Origin: Phoronis australis
Lineage: Eukaryota; Animalia; Phoronida
DNA: 64,000 nt
Assembly (NCBI GenBank): GCA_002633005.1
Contig: NMRA01000062.1
Coordinates: forward strand, 853,981-917,980
Direction: 5' to 3'
Below are positions 11,589 through 25,422 of the stretch, piece by piece; positions within the stretch are counted from its first letter, which is position 1; each line of letters starts with the position of its first letter. Position numbers and translations under genes: made by a program. Under the pieces are notes generated by a model. It was given only the letters and a program-made list of their open reading frames with translations. It had not been told where the DNA came from and did no database searches.

Positions 11589-14500
11589 ACCATACAGACA
11601 GACTGTTATATGAGAATCCCAGAAGAATTGTCTTTTTCAATACTGTAGACTTTTGCATTTGGTGATTTACCTCCACACAGATCCTGGTTGATTACTTTTG
11701 GGAAAGTAATTAGCTATAAAATACATGACTCAAGTGTTAAGAACCAGTTCAAGTGAATTGACGTTGGCAAGAAATGAGGCCAGAACACTTTGTCTAAGCC
11801 ATTGAATTAATTGTGAAATATTAGCCAGATTCTTCTGTGAGCCAGAATACACTAATTCCTCACCAATTTAGCACACAATATGGCTGACAAGTGAAACTCT
11901 ATTTTTCCAAATTTCTCCACATCAATGCAGATTAAGAAAATTTTAGTCTATTGTCTTGGGCAGTACTGTGGTGATGTCGTATAACAACATTTGCTATAGT
12001 TTTCATCACTTGCAACACAAATAATCGGCCTTTGAAAATTGTAAATTGACAAATTTGGCATCATTCTTGTGCAAAACAAATGGAAGATTTCCAAAATATG
12101 TCATTTGCAGTAAATGAGATAAAAAGCTTGTATTCTGCTTCATCCTTGAATGAAATGATTTTGCGAAAGCTGTCCAAATTTTCAGTTATTTTTTTTACTC
12201 TTTTCCAGCCCAAAGGCCTCTACTGTAGATTGGTTCAGCAGCCTTCCTATTAACTGCTAATTCTACTGACATTCTGTTCCTTCCATAATTCCCTAATTAA
12301 CAGAGTGCATTCATTGGCTTGTTTACCAGCAATGTTAATGGAATAAAGGTGGAGATATGCCTAATTTACCATCATCTCATGTCTGCCATTCATCCCCTGT
12401 TGGCTGTACAGGATGGCATTTTGTGCACTTGGCAGGAAAGCCTAGCTTCCACGTTTCACCATGGGAATTTAAATTATGAACACGATTAGCAGTTTTATGT
12501 TGTATATTCACAAGTTGTTACTCCCAACGTCTTTACCGTGTCTGGAAAACCTTGTTAAAAAATTGGAGTGGCCTTTTTTCCTGTACAGTTTTTGCAAAGG
12601 GAAAACGTGGAAACGACATTGCTTGCTGGTTGCAGTTGCTGCCTGCAATGGCTCAGACTGTGCAGTGTGTAGTTCTTCACCAAACTGTTCTGCTTTGTGT
12701 TTTGAGCTGCATTTCATCACTGTTATGTTGTCAATTGTTAGCAGAAGTGCTTTGGGGTTTAAAAACATTACTGTGCACATCTGATCTTCAATTCTCACAG
12801 GCGATGCTGCACTCGCCATTTTCAAATCCGCAGTTTTAGTTGGATAACCCCAATAGGCGTTTTCTTGAGAACTGCTGACTGTTTCTATGTTTATGTTGGT
12901 CAAATAAATAGCATACTAGCTCGCTAAGTTATCTCATTATGAGAGTGGAAGGCCTAATTTGATTTTTTTTATTTTAGCCAGCTAAACGGGTAAAAATGCA
13001 TCTTTATTTTTCAAAATGTCTAAAGACCAGTTGTGTTGCACTGGCTGCTTCAGTCTTAGTGGGTTGGGTACGATGTGAGGAGGTTTGAAATTTGGAGGAA
13101 AACCGTGGATTCACGGAGATGGTGTCAGAGTGATCCTAAATGTCCAGCTGCCTGTCATGTCTTATGGTCTAGATTCTTGTCACGTTGTCCCTGTCTAGAA
13201 CCACAGTCCTTTGGAATATTGCACCAATCTATCCCCCTGCAAACATCTCCCCCATTCAACTTGGGCAGCCTATGGAAGGTGATAATAAATTGTGTGTGGT
13301 AAGCCATTTTGTTAATAGGGTAGAAGGTTTCTGTGTTTATCCTAACCAGGGATTGAATTTTGCTATTTACCTTTGCAAAAGCTGGGCTTAGTTTAACAGT
13401 AGTGTGTCAACCCAGGAGGATTTATCTGTCCAATTGGTGCCTCATTTTTATAGCTTGAACCTTGGACTATAATGGACTATATAGTCCGAGTTTGAACTAA
13501 AGTGCAAGGTCACTAGACTAATTTTGTGATTCTGCATTTTTCGCAACATCAATCTGTAACGAGCAGTTTTAAATATCTTCTGATTTCCTCTGAAAGATCA
13601 AATTTTTAGCTTGTCATTTTTGTTGTTGTCCTTATTTAGTAATTATCTTGACTTAAAAGTTTAATGTTGTTTGAAGTATATAATCAGTAATGAACAGATG
13701 GTGGGCCCCATCAAAATATTGATTAATATTCATGTGTCCAAATTCTTAATTAGCATGTGTCTCAAATTTCAATTTTGATGAATGCGTTTTGTAATTAAAC
13801 TTGTGTTATTGGCAAGGCATATTAGGAAGAGTGGTTGTCTTGACATGTGCAGGTTTGCATGTCATTCTGAAGTGCACCCTCTGCTGTTCACCTTGTAAAT
13901 CAATCAGCAGGAATCATTAAAGACTAATATTGTCTTACTGTGACTGCATTTTATGGATACATGGAAAGGGACATGGTTGTTGTCTTTAAATTCTGCTTAT
14001 GGTCATGGAAATGAGTGATCTTTTGCCTTTTCTTCATAAATATTGATTTTAGGATGAGATGACTTTCTTCATACTCAGTAGCTGAACCACAACTTTTATA
14101 CGCAGCGTATTTCTCAAACCTTCCCATCACTTGATAGAAAATGGTTGACAAAATCCATCAGTTCTGACAGATTTGGCCAACTCTTCCAATATTTGGAGGC
14201 TTCATATCAATCTCTAGGGATCTTTTAGATTCCTTTGCTCATTTTAGTTGCAATTATGATGACGAGGGCAGTTTGTGATCAATTTATTCCATTGTCATTT
14301 ATCCCATACACGTCTTGAAACCCCTCTAAAGCCTCCCCAGTAGAGCTGCTGAGTTGTGATAATGATGCTTCGATTTTTCGCTAAAATATTTGACAAAATT
14401 GTTGTTCTTTAAAAAAGGAATTTCAAACTTCCAGTTCCAACATGAATTACCAGTTATATACTAATCTGTAATTCATCACATTTATTTTATGGTGTCAGTT

Positions 14501-16295
14501 ACAAGCTTTGTCATACAGCAAATTCAATTTTGGGTTTGAATTGTTACATTGGACAAATCTGGTATCCTCTTTTCTAACATCTTGAGTTCTAGGTTAGGAG
14601 TGCTTTGATATATAGCCAGCTGTATCAAACTTGGACAGTGGGTCAAGAAACTCTATGGTCACTGATTGAAATGACGTGCTTCCACCTATGCGCTTATCTT
14701 TGTTCAACCATTTCCCCTGTTATTGACTGACTGATGCTTTATCTATGTCTTATTTTGGAATGTCAAGCCATTGATTATTCAAGACCATCTTATCAGCCTC
14801 ATAAGCAAACTTTGATCACAGGCAAGTGTAATCTAATAACTATAAAAATGAGGTCAACAGAGGTCATTGTAACCAGATAATAAGATGGCTATTCAAGCAA
14901 ATCTCTGGGTTGATTCATGTATCGAGTTACACAGGTCTGTGTGTTTTTTCAGTCACTGGTAATCTTTTTACAAAAGCATAGGCCTACTGTATTTGTTTAG
15001 TGTTTTTTACTGGCTCCAGTCTGTCAAGTGATCCTGTTTTGCTGTTTGACTTTGTGTAAGCTTTTCATTGAATAACTGATGGAGTATTGGATATCCGATG
15101 ATAAATTACTAATCCTCCTCCATTTTTTTCAAGGTACTCGCAGTATCTGTGTTTATATTCGATTATGTTGAAATTTTTTTGCTCTTTATTCATCTCCTAA
15201 ATCCATTGATGTGTTGTTTCGTTGATCGCGTATCAGAACTGAATGCTATGCAGCAAAATCTCAAGAACTGTAGCCATATTGTGAACAGGAAAGATATTTC
15301 AGTAGAGTGGATGTTAAGAACCCGATCTTGTTGTGTCTACTATAGTTGGCATTCATGTTATGTCTATGGTCTGGCCATGTGGGTATTGGACAATGGCCTG
15401 TGGGTCACCCTTCTATGGACCCCTTCCTCTCAATTGTGGGAGAATGGACCTCTTCAATTTGCCAGCAAACTAATATTGCTTTGAACAGAGGAAACAAACA
15501 AGACTTGAGTGGTTTGTGGAAATAAAGCAAGCCAAATGATTTGGCCATGCACTGGAGTATGATTGGCCATTTGGGCTAGTTCATGTATTTAAACATATAT
15601 TCCAACTCGATATTATAACTACATTTATGTTGAGTTTGAAATTGAGGGGGGGGGGGCTTTACATAAAAATGCCTTGGTTGCTTGAGAGCCCAACCTGACC
15701 CAGTTTGGGGTCCAAGTGAAAAGATTCCAGATTGATTTGTAAGTTGAATGTTAATTTAAACCAGCAAGTGTCAGACTAGCTTGTTTCACTGACTCCAGTC
15801 AACAATGGGGTCTTATGCATAGCTCAGTGGCATGGATAATTGCAATTATCTGCCCACTTAATTAACTATAGCAAGCAGGCAACTTATGCATTATTCACCA
15901 ACATATAATGGCAATTCACTTAATCAGTGATGTCAGACAAACAATCCAGTGAAAGGCTCCATTGAGGTTATAATAATGGGGTTTATCTCCCCACCAACTG
16001 AGTGAAACTGTTGGGCTCCATGTCTACAGAACCTATCTTGGCAGTATAATGGCTGGATTATCATTATTAGCTAATTTGATGCTGTTCCAGCTGACCCTAG
16101 CTAAGGCACTTACAGTACACAAGAACATTACTGCAAAGCCAACTCAGGACAAGTTTGCAGGACTGCCTTCCTAGTTGCAGTTGGCACCAGTACATCTAGT
16201 GTGATCATGTGATCTGCTTCATGCATAATGCATGATGATATCTCACAAAAACTTGCATTTTCGCATGTTGCTTGTGCCTGGGAAACTCGGCCCTG

Positions 16296-16575
16296 GGGTC
16301 TGTTTCATGGAAATTGCCCTAAGGCCTAAGACCGATATTTGGTCTCACACTCCATGAACTATTTGTTAATTGTAGTTAAATCCCACTTGAGCAAAAGTGC
16401 AAAATCTCTGAGAATATAAAGATAATTGCTAGTTACTGAGATAATTTCTACAAGTTATTTCTCGAGTGTGATGCGCTGATTATTATCTGTGAAAGTCTTT
16501 TTTAACAATTGTGAAGTCCGAGGGTATGACCAAATTTCTGTCTTAAGACTTCAGGCACTTTCGTGAAACTGACCC
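16296..16575. mobile_element. PIF/Harbinger-like MITE, family A, copy 2 (280 bp)
   Basis: TIRs gggtctgtttcatggaa / tttcgtgaaactgaccc; CTG/CAG flanks; interior similar to 8497-8780. Confidence 0.75.
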
Positions 16576-18034
16576 CAGGTCAACATGGCAAGCTGGAATG
16601 ACAGGGAAATAACATTTTGACCTTTATTTTTGGCACACATTTTACTCAAGGTCTGGTTGCTTGTGGCGCTTGAGCTCAAGTATGGGTGCTCGCAATTACA
16701 GGATGTTTTGCATATTCCCAACTGTGTTAATGTTGGTGAGGACACTGGCATTCACAGGAAACAACAGGCCTTACATCCAGAATAGAATGTGGAAATATTC
16801 AAAACCAGAATTATCACAACCAAGCTGAGATGTTTTCACCTAAATATGAAACATGTAAGCTGGATATTAAGAATTAGAACATTTCCCCCCTCCTTTCTCC
16901 ATGTGATGAACTCTAATATCAACTGAATCATTAAACATGCTATATATTGCTGTAATGTCCCCATTCACATTTTTTTCTTGAAATTTTTCAGGAACTGACA
17001 ACAAGTTGTGGAAAGACAAAGAAATGGAAACATGAAATGAAGATGAAATCTGACTCCTTTTTACTTTCCATGTCATCAATCATGTTTGCGGTGCCTTCTC
17101 AACTAATTTCTAGAAGCCACATCCTCAGTATTTGGTAGTTGAGGTCAGTTTCTTGTTACAAATGTTTTCCAGGTACTCCCAGCAGCGTAAAATTATCTTT
17201 ATTGTAATTATGACAGGCAATATGAAGTCATTTTCACTTTTGCTGCATGACTGAGGGTATTTTTTCTATAATAGTCATATTTCATCCTCATTTGCAAGAT
17301 ACAACTTGGACATTTTCCTGAAGGTCACAAGTAATTGTTTTTAGCTGTCATATAAAAATCTACCAAATTAAGGGCTAGTTATCTGATGTATGTAATATGC
17401 TATCTTGCATTAAGTAATTTGTTAAAATTTATACCCAAATAATTTGGGTTTCTCTCTGTAACTGGCTGAAAAGAACTCCACGGCCACGCCCTTAATTTCC
17501 AACTTCTAACCCCTAAAACCCATTCTGAACCAGCAAGCACTAAACCAACTGCACAGATTCCACCTGAAAATACCCCATACTTGTGGGTTCAAACTGCAGG
17601 CCTCCACCTATTCTTCAAGGCTGGGGTTTGGTGCCCAGGTTGTGTGTCTGGCTACTGGGTATGTAGTTTTTTGGTGTGTGTGTACCAGTTTAAGGGTGCA
17701 GGTATGGAATTGGTACCCAGTAATGTGCATGAATGGTCATTTGGAGGATGCTCTATGCACTGTAACAGTGAAATGATTGTCAGTTTCAGTTGGGCTGAGC
17801 TCTAGTTGACCAAGACCCAATAACAGGCAAAATGTCCAGTCCTTCTCTCTAATGTTTGTACCATCAGTTTGGTTGGTGTAGGTTGATCTTGGGCAGCTGG
17901 AATTTTAAGGCACAGCAGCTGGAATGACTTCTTTCCCCTGTGTAAGAGTGTTTTTTGTATTTTTGTAAGATTCTAGCTAAGTCAAAGTTTTGAGAATTCT
18001 AGAGATAGTGTTTAGCTTTGAGATTTCTTGAGAT

Positions 18035-18277
18035 TATGGTAAAAAGTCTGAAATTTGGAGAGTCTCTAGAATTTGGGGCATGGAAACTCCTTCGAAAAAA
18101 TGAATTCTTTATAGTGGAATTTGGACAAGAGCAATTTTGACATTTATCATATGTGTCAAATTTCGGGCAATGTGATTTCAATATACACAGTGGATAATTT
18201 CTGGAATTCAGGACGAGCTCCGACCTTTAGCAAAATATTTGATTTCTCACTGTCCCAAATTATAGAATTGTTACCAA
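18035..18277. mobile_element. Tc1/pogo-like MITE, family B, degenerate copy
   Basis: tatggtaaaaagtct ... tcccaaattatagaattgttacca; interior similar to 25423-25731 and 48969-49265. Confidence 0.55.
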
Positions 18278-18582
18278 AATTCCTGAATAAGGATACCCTC
18301 TTATAACTTTTACATTTATATTGTGAATATTATTTTCAAATCTGCATTAAGAGACCATGTGGTATGCTTACTAGTGTGCGCTTATTTATTGTTTGGGGTG
18401 TGACCTTATTAACACTTTCTTGTAATAGTGTTTCCAAAGGACACCACACAAAGATGATAGTTTAAAACACACTCACACCTGCCCTAATGGCGTTTATTCA
18501 GGTGGATCTTTAGCTCTACACTGTAATGATTAGTTGTGTTATTACATAAATGGTAATTACTTATGTATACAAGTATGTACAT

Positions 18583-18640
18583 AATAAATTTAGTTGTTTT
18601 AGTATGACTCATTTGTTTTGTTGGGTTTGGTTTGAACCAT
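18583..18640 (+). terminator. Canonical poly(A) site (AATAAA, upstream TGTA, downstream GT-rich element)
   Basis: ttatgtatacaagtatgtacatAATAAAtttagttgttttagtatgactcatttgttttgttgggtttggttt; CpG density rises sharply right after it. Confidence 0.5.
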
Positions 18641-21600
18641 TAGGTTGTAGGGAACTTGAATCAAGTTTTGTTTACGAACATAAGCACTGGGTCGTTGATT
18701 TAATAACGAGATTTTCACACAACAGGATGCATGAATATCCTCACAAGAACGTGTGATTGAACACAATAAAAGACGAAACCGTTGTTGACTACCGCCTGGT
18801 GTTGAAATCATGACGCAACAAACTTCCTTTTTACGGAAACGGGTCCATCAAAACCGTCATGGCAGTAACCAACTGTAGAATTAGCTAAGAGTACTGTAAA
18901 TGCGTTGCAGGCAAAACAGGTTTATGAAGTTGGTGGCACAAGAGGAACCAATTTAACTGAAGGTTGCGCGTATTTGGAAAAACGTTTAGTAACACCAGTT
19001 TAAGAGTCTGACATTCTGATTAGACGTCCCACAGTTTGTGTCTGTCTTGTTAAAATTTATTGCACACCTGAACACGTACTTGTGGCTAAGATCAGTTTAG
19101 CTTCTGGCAAAATTATCGTATCCGTGAAATTGCTCCTGTGAAGTCGCTGAACAATAGCCTTTTCTAAGATACGTTTTGTCATTTAATTCTCGAGGTTTTA
19201 TCGTTTGGCTGAACGAAACATCGTGTACAGCTACATTTTTTTCGCTGTGACCTCAAGGGATTACTGCAGTGGGGTATTAAGAAATTGATAGCGAAATGTC
19301 ATTAATGCCAGAAAATTGAGACCGCAGCACAAATGCCCTACGGATCACGGCCCATAACATAGTGCATGGCCATTAATGCGTAGTGATAAGATCGAGAGCT
19401 GGTGAGAATACACAGTAATGAATAACGAATTCTGAAGTCGACGGTCTCGTCATGAGAAGTTCTGTTATGACTCGCACTACAACCTGAAGACAAGTTAGTC
19501 CAAATTTAGTGTTGAGTTTTAGTCGTAATTCACCAAGGTGAAATTATTACACTGTATTGTGGGCCTCAATTGTGTCAGTATTTTACATGTTCTGAATCAC
19601 AGTAAAAAATAAGGCGATGGGTCTTTCGTGACTTTGAACGAACGTCATCTCATATTGAATCCGTTCTCTGCCTTCGGAGAATACAAACCAAAGTTTTGCT
19701 GTTACTTTGTGGCTGTATCGTCATATTAGCAAAATGCAGAGGTATAATAACTCGAGATGTATTTAAATTTCTTTCTCAAGTTCTGAAGTCTACATTGTTT
19801 TGCTGTTCGTAAATTGAGGATTGAGCCGCGGTTTCAAATATGTTCACAATTTCAACGGCATTCGAACAACGATAAGCTGATTGAATCGTGAAAAACGGCG
19901 TTGCAGTTAGCGTGGTCACTAATGCAAACTCTAAACGCGTAATCGTGTTTTGTTAAGTACCCTTATTTTCCACGAGGGCTTCTCAAATATTGGATCGGGC
20001 TACATCGTATTTTCACTAAAACTTACAAACAAAAGACTATTTGCCGGGCGCGTCTATTTCATTGACTAACGATCCCTCGTGTTTGTTTATGGAATCAACT
20101 AGTAAAAGCATTGTACAATGATGTTATTGTGAGGAAGGATATAGGCTGGGTCTTACTTACGGACGGTAATTCGGGATGAGTATCGACGGATAGAATTTCC
20201 ACATTGGTGATTTTTTCAACAAATGGCCCTTGACACTTCAATAGAACAAACACTTCGGGGCTAATGCCCCGACACTAGGGGGCGTCACTTGATGCGCCCC
20301 TCAGCCGATTCTGACTGCCATTGAAACCACGATACCATAGACTGTACGGCACAAGCGAATAAAATCTCGCACTTAGTAGGAAGTACGTCTGCACCTGTTC
20401 ATTCCGCTATTTGTTGAAGAAGGGAAACGATTAAGGCCGAACAGGACAGCCATATCATCAGGCTACATGCTGTTAATATTTGAGTAGAAAGTAGAAAAGT
20501 GTCCAAATCAAAATTCGCCTCATTGAAATTACATTTCACTCAAAAGCAATGTTAACTGAACTGTAGTGTCAGGTTTTCTAGCCGCACATTTACTGGAGAG
20601 TTTAGACGTCGCCTGCCTTTCGGGTTTGGGAAAATCGGTAGAGATCTTAACAGATGCTGTTTGCTGGTTTATATAAGGACTTTTAAAAACGAGCGTTGAA
20701 AGGTGTTAAGACTGACATCGAATATTGTTTGTTCACATTGTAAGCATGACGTTTAGGGGATATCACTTAGCTGTCTTCGCGTAGTTAGTTGTGTGCTGGA
20801 CAAAGGCACATGCTTCCGCATTTCAAAAACGTTTAAATGTGTAGGTAAAGTTTTTGTTCATACAGCCATCCCCCATCACCGTTTCTCGGGGCATTTTAAT
20901 GACCTTAAAAGGTCACGGTAATTGCTTTTAATTTTGCCATGCATCTGCAGATACAACTAAAGTGCACCGTGTACCTGAATGCATGGCTTAAATACACGCC
21001 CACTGCATGCAAGAACACCAGGCGGATCCCATGCCACTTCTGGGTAACTACTGCATTTTGCCGTCCAGTTATCTTTTTTGATATGATTTTGACGGATACA
21101 TGTTCTTAGTCACAGACACGTGATGTCAGTGTCCGTAATCAAACTGGTAGAAACGTATTTGAAAACACTTGAATTATAGTCTGGGGACGTCATTGCGAAG
21201 TGCCGCTCACACCGCCTGACAGCGGTGAACTCTGAACCAATGCCTACACGTCACATAAATCACTTTCATCATAATCTTAGCTCAATCCATTTATGGACTC
21301 ATGTGGCCAGTATGACACCTGTATTAACTTGATTCATTACAAGAGTGAAGGTTGACCGGGACGTGTCAAGACAATGAAGAAAGTGCTGCCTCAAATAGGT
21401 CTTCAACGATAACAGTTTCATTCCGTCCGCACCAATGCAGCTTTCCTCAAGCATCAGAGGTCCTATCAGATATTGCGACGTACTCGGTTCAACGCGGAAA
21501 TTTGGGCAAATTACACCTACAATATCAACATAGTTGTAACGGGCAACTGCCTTCCACTTTTTATTGACCGTTTTCTACAGAAACACAACCGTCTGCAGAT

Positions 21601-24509
21601 GGACGCTGGTGTGACTTGTCAGATTCTTTGAAAGTGACATATCGGACTTGACGCGGCGTTCCCGACCACCGTTGTCATTGGCGAAGATCGGATCAATGCC
21701 CGGCAGACACGACGCTGTTATCGGGCCAAATAATCTTCTAAAAGGTTAATCCTTTCGTGCCCACGTCAAATGACGTAACTGTTTATATAACACATTTTGT
21801 TATCGTTGTCAGCATCGATATATATGACAGGGTAAACAGCTAAATGCATTTGAAATTCTGAAGCCGTGGAAATTCAGTCAAGCTTAAACTGAGGATTTCC
21901 CTTTTCGGTTATATAGCTAAAATAAGCAGACGAATTTTCAATCATGTCACATTCCTTAGGCGAGGTCAAACCACATTGGGTAATGGAGAAACCGATCAGT
22001 CCTATGCTGCACGAGAAACGACCGTTACATGGTTTTCATTTACCTAAATACTGCAGGCATATATTGGTTTTTATCATTGCGTTATTAACTATTTTAAGAA
22101 ACCAAAAGGTAACGATGGCAAAGTCATGTCTACTCTATGCACTTTTCGTGTTTTAAAATCAGTGGCCTTGCAAAACCCCACAAATTTCTGCTTAGCTTCA
22201 ATGGATCGACACATTTACACAAATACCGCGGCATATTTTGAAAAATGAAACCACGCTTTAATTCTCGTTACTGGTGACTTATTCGGGGAAAACAGGACCG
22301 CGATCCCGCCTCGGGTATCCGAATGCGAGATGCAAAGTTGGCTTTTGTTGTTCTTTCAAAGCTAAGTTTCAGTCCTCGTTATTTTATTGCCCAGATTCCA
22401 GCCGCGTATGTGAAGAACCGATAAAGCTAATCACAGCAATGTGTTTTGGCTAGTTGAGTTAATTTGGGACTATCATACCGTACACACAGCCCTAGTCTCA
22501 CTTCAGCGGTCTAAACAAATCTAATGGAAACCAGACGTACGTGCTCGACAACCGCGCACACCATGGTGAAAATGAGGGCCAGGGTTGGCTTAAGGGTGGA
22601 AATATTGGACATATGCGACACGTATGAAAGTTGAAACTGACCGTCAGTAGCCTCATCACGCGGAATCTGTGTATAAACACATCAGCAAATCTGTGGATTT
22701 AGCGCAGGCATAATATCAAAGACTGAGAAACATATTTTCGAAAGCAAGGAAGAATGTGTACTAGACTTGAATTTTGGTTCTCAGATGTCATGTCTTTTTA
22801 GTACAAATAACAAGACAGTAAGCCTATACGTTTACATCAAGAAGACATTGTGAAACAACCTCTATTTGATATTCAAGACGAAATTTATAAAGCACACTCA
22901 CATTTCTGTAAATTATATTTTTTTTCTTTTCTGTAAATCTTTAGAGAAAATATTCATAAATGTCACAGTTTTCATTAGCACATTTCCTCTATGAAAAGTA
23001 AAACAACAAGAGTATTTAAAAGTTTCATTTCAGTCTGATTTCACTGTGTCATTTTTGAAGTCAAAATTTGAACATTTTCCAGATATATTCCGGTTAGCCT
23101 ATCAGTAAATGAGAGCAGCCAAATTCGTCAAAATGCAAAAACCGGGAGTTGCTTCCGGACTAGACAAGTGAAGTGATTCAAAATTATCTCGGAATACCAA
23201 TAAATTGGCCGCCACCGAAAAGAATGCATCAAAAATTATGAGGAATGCATCTGGTGTCGCTGATTATGACGACCAGGATCCAGGATCACTCTTGAGTCAG
23301 ATTCTATAATGTCATGGATTTACAACCCAATCAAATTTCCTTCGACAGTACAACCTGCGTCTCAGTTCTGATGAATGACAGCAGGTCAACTTTCGGATTT
23401 CGTCCAAGAATTTGACGAGAAGAGGAAACCAAGCGGTACGACTGACCACAGGATCACTTAGCTAACAATAGAAATGACTAAACCATACACTTGCCGACCC
23501 TAGTTGTGTCAAAACCAGTAGGCGGTTTTGTAAACAGCCTCCGGGCCTTCATGCCGGCTGATACAAGGATAGTCCCAGGCGAAACCTAACGCGTTAAAAT
23601 AGATTGAACTGAATAACCAAAACACATCAACTCATCTCGTTATGTCAGACCAGTAAATGAACTTGCTGGTACTCGTTTCTCTATTTCCTCTTACGGTCTC
23701 AATTCTGTGAGCTAACAGGCTGTCAAACCGGCTACTGACTTCCCAATGATCTAAGTGTTATCACTCCCCTCGACACTTTTTGTAACGTTTAATTGTCTTT
23801 TGTGGGTGTTCAATGTGATTAGTGTCCATTGTATGCGTTAGATGTGCACACTGGCCATGTAAACTGTGTTTGTAACTCAAGTATTATGTTAAACACGTTG
23901 TTCCATTTGTTTATTTGATTCTAAGCGTACGCATTTCTTGTAACTTTCAATTTCTTGTCAGCGCACGAGCTTGTATGCAGATGTTTATTTGTTGTCCACC
24001 ATACAGACTCGAACTAGTCTTATAGTAATTTACTTCCACGACAAAATGAAGTAATGGAACTGACCAGGCGTGAAATTTAAACTAGCCGATGTTGAGCGGC
24101 GGGGAGGTGGCCGCAGCTGTGAGAAGGGACTGTTGAGCGCGTGACCTGACGACGGGGTTTAAGGCTACATCAACCGGAATGTGTACGCGACACTAAATCA
24201 TCTTTACCTCCCATTAGGGACTGCTGCATTTTGTTACGTTAATTTTGCTGTAAATTGTGAAACAATGCACAAAGTGGCAGAAGATGTGTAGTAGTATAAT
24301 GGATACTGAGGAAAACATCAAATCATTTGATAACAATCCGTTTTATTAGTCACAGAGGAGAAAAGATATCTGTCAACAAACGCAAAACTTTGAAGTTCTA
24401 AAGATTCTACTTTCCAGTTTATCATTCGGGTGCTTCATTGAGGACACATGCAGTTTGGTGACAAGACATCTAATTATCAACCAATTCTCACTAGACCTAA
24501 AAATGAAAA

Positions 24510-25100
24510 TGAAACATTGACGTCAGCAAGATCTCTACTGAGTTGAGAAGAAAACACGTGGAAATCCTAGTCACTGACGTCAGTTAGTGAAGGGAACATA
24601 GGAATACAACATAAGAGCGACCATTACGCTAAAACATTAAATAATCGGTTATTTGCCCACCAATGATGAAAAAATCAACGGTCATTCCAGTTTGCGCATG
24701 TTTTGTTCACACCAAAATAACCAAAGACAGTACCAAACCGAATTTGTTCCAAAGAAACAAACTTCTAATTTAGGCTACTTTCAACTTGTTTTTCCCTAAT
24801 ACCCTATTGCCACGCAACTACTAGGCCCATGAGCGTCTGTGGGAACTGTACTTATATGCAGTGCGAAACATAGGCGCAAGCGTCGGCGAACCACTAGGTT
24901 AAAAAGGCAGCAAAAGGGCATTACTTCGGATGTAAGTCCACGGGCCTACAGGCACCGTAATACGACAGTAGTTACGAAGTGGTTTTCGGGCTTGCCACGA
25001 ATTCACAGATTCCTATTGGTTGAGACAAGGCATAAAACGACCCATCATCACCATGACAACTTGTGAATCATAGTCTCCAGCAATAACAACTGTTCCAAGC
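24510..25100. promoter_or_regulatory. CpG-rich promoter/enhancer-like motif cluster
   Basis: TGACGTCA at 24518-24525 and 24575-24582, CACGTG at 24555-24560, ATTGG near 25015, RFX-like catcaccatgacaac near 25046-25060. Confidence 0.35.
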
Positions 25101-25124
25101 TCAGAAATCACTTTTGAAGTTCAG

Positions 25125-25350
25125 GGGCCCGTTCCAAGAAAACTGAATTAGCTAAGACAAATTTCAGTCAATTTTAAGATAAAACATAAATATGTCTCAA
25201 GAAAGGATCTTAAGTTTGACTTAAGTGTTTGACTTCAGTTTTGTCTTAATTTTGATTAACTTGTGGGATGTGGAAGTTTTTAAGTTTGGAAGTTGAGACA
25301 AATCTTAGAGGTAAGTCAAGAATGACAGTTTTTTGACTTAATCAAACCTT
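25125..25350. mobile_element. Truncated Harbinger-like MITE related to family A
   Basis: cag|gggcccgttccaagaaa left end and cttaag-rich interior; right TIR not found. Confidence 0.4.
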
Positions 25351-25422
25351 AAAGCCACCCAACGGTGTTCTGGTATTAAAACACTAACAACCTTTACAGG
25401 TCCCTGCACTCTTCAAAAGCAA

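Noticed and set aside
12476-12903. ORFs of 95-131 aa on both strands
   Set aside because: No recognisable domain, no convincing exon chain, composition like non-coding DNA
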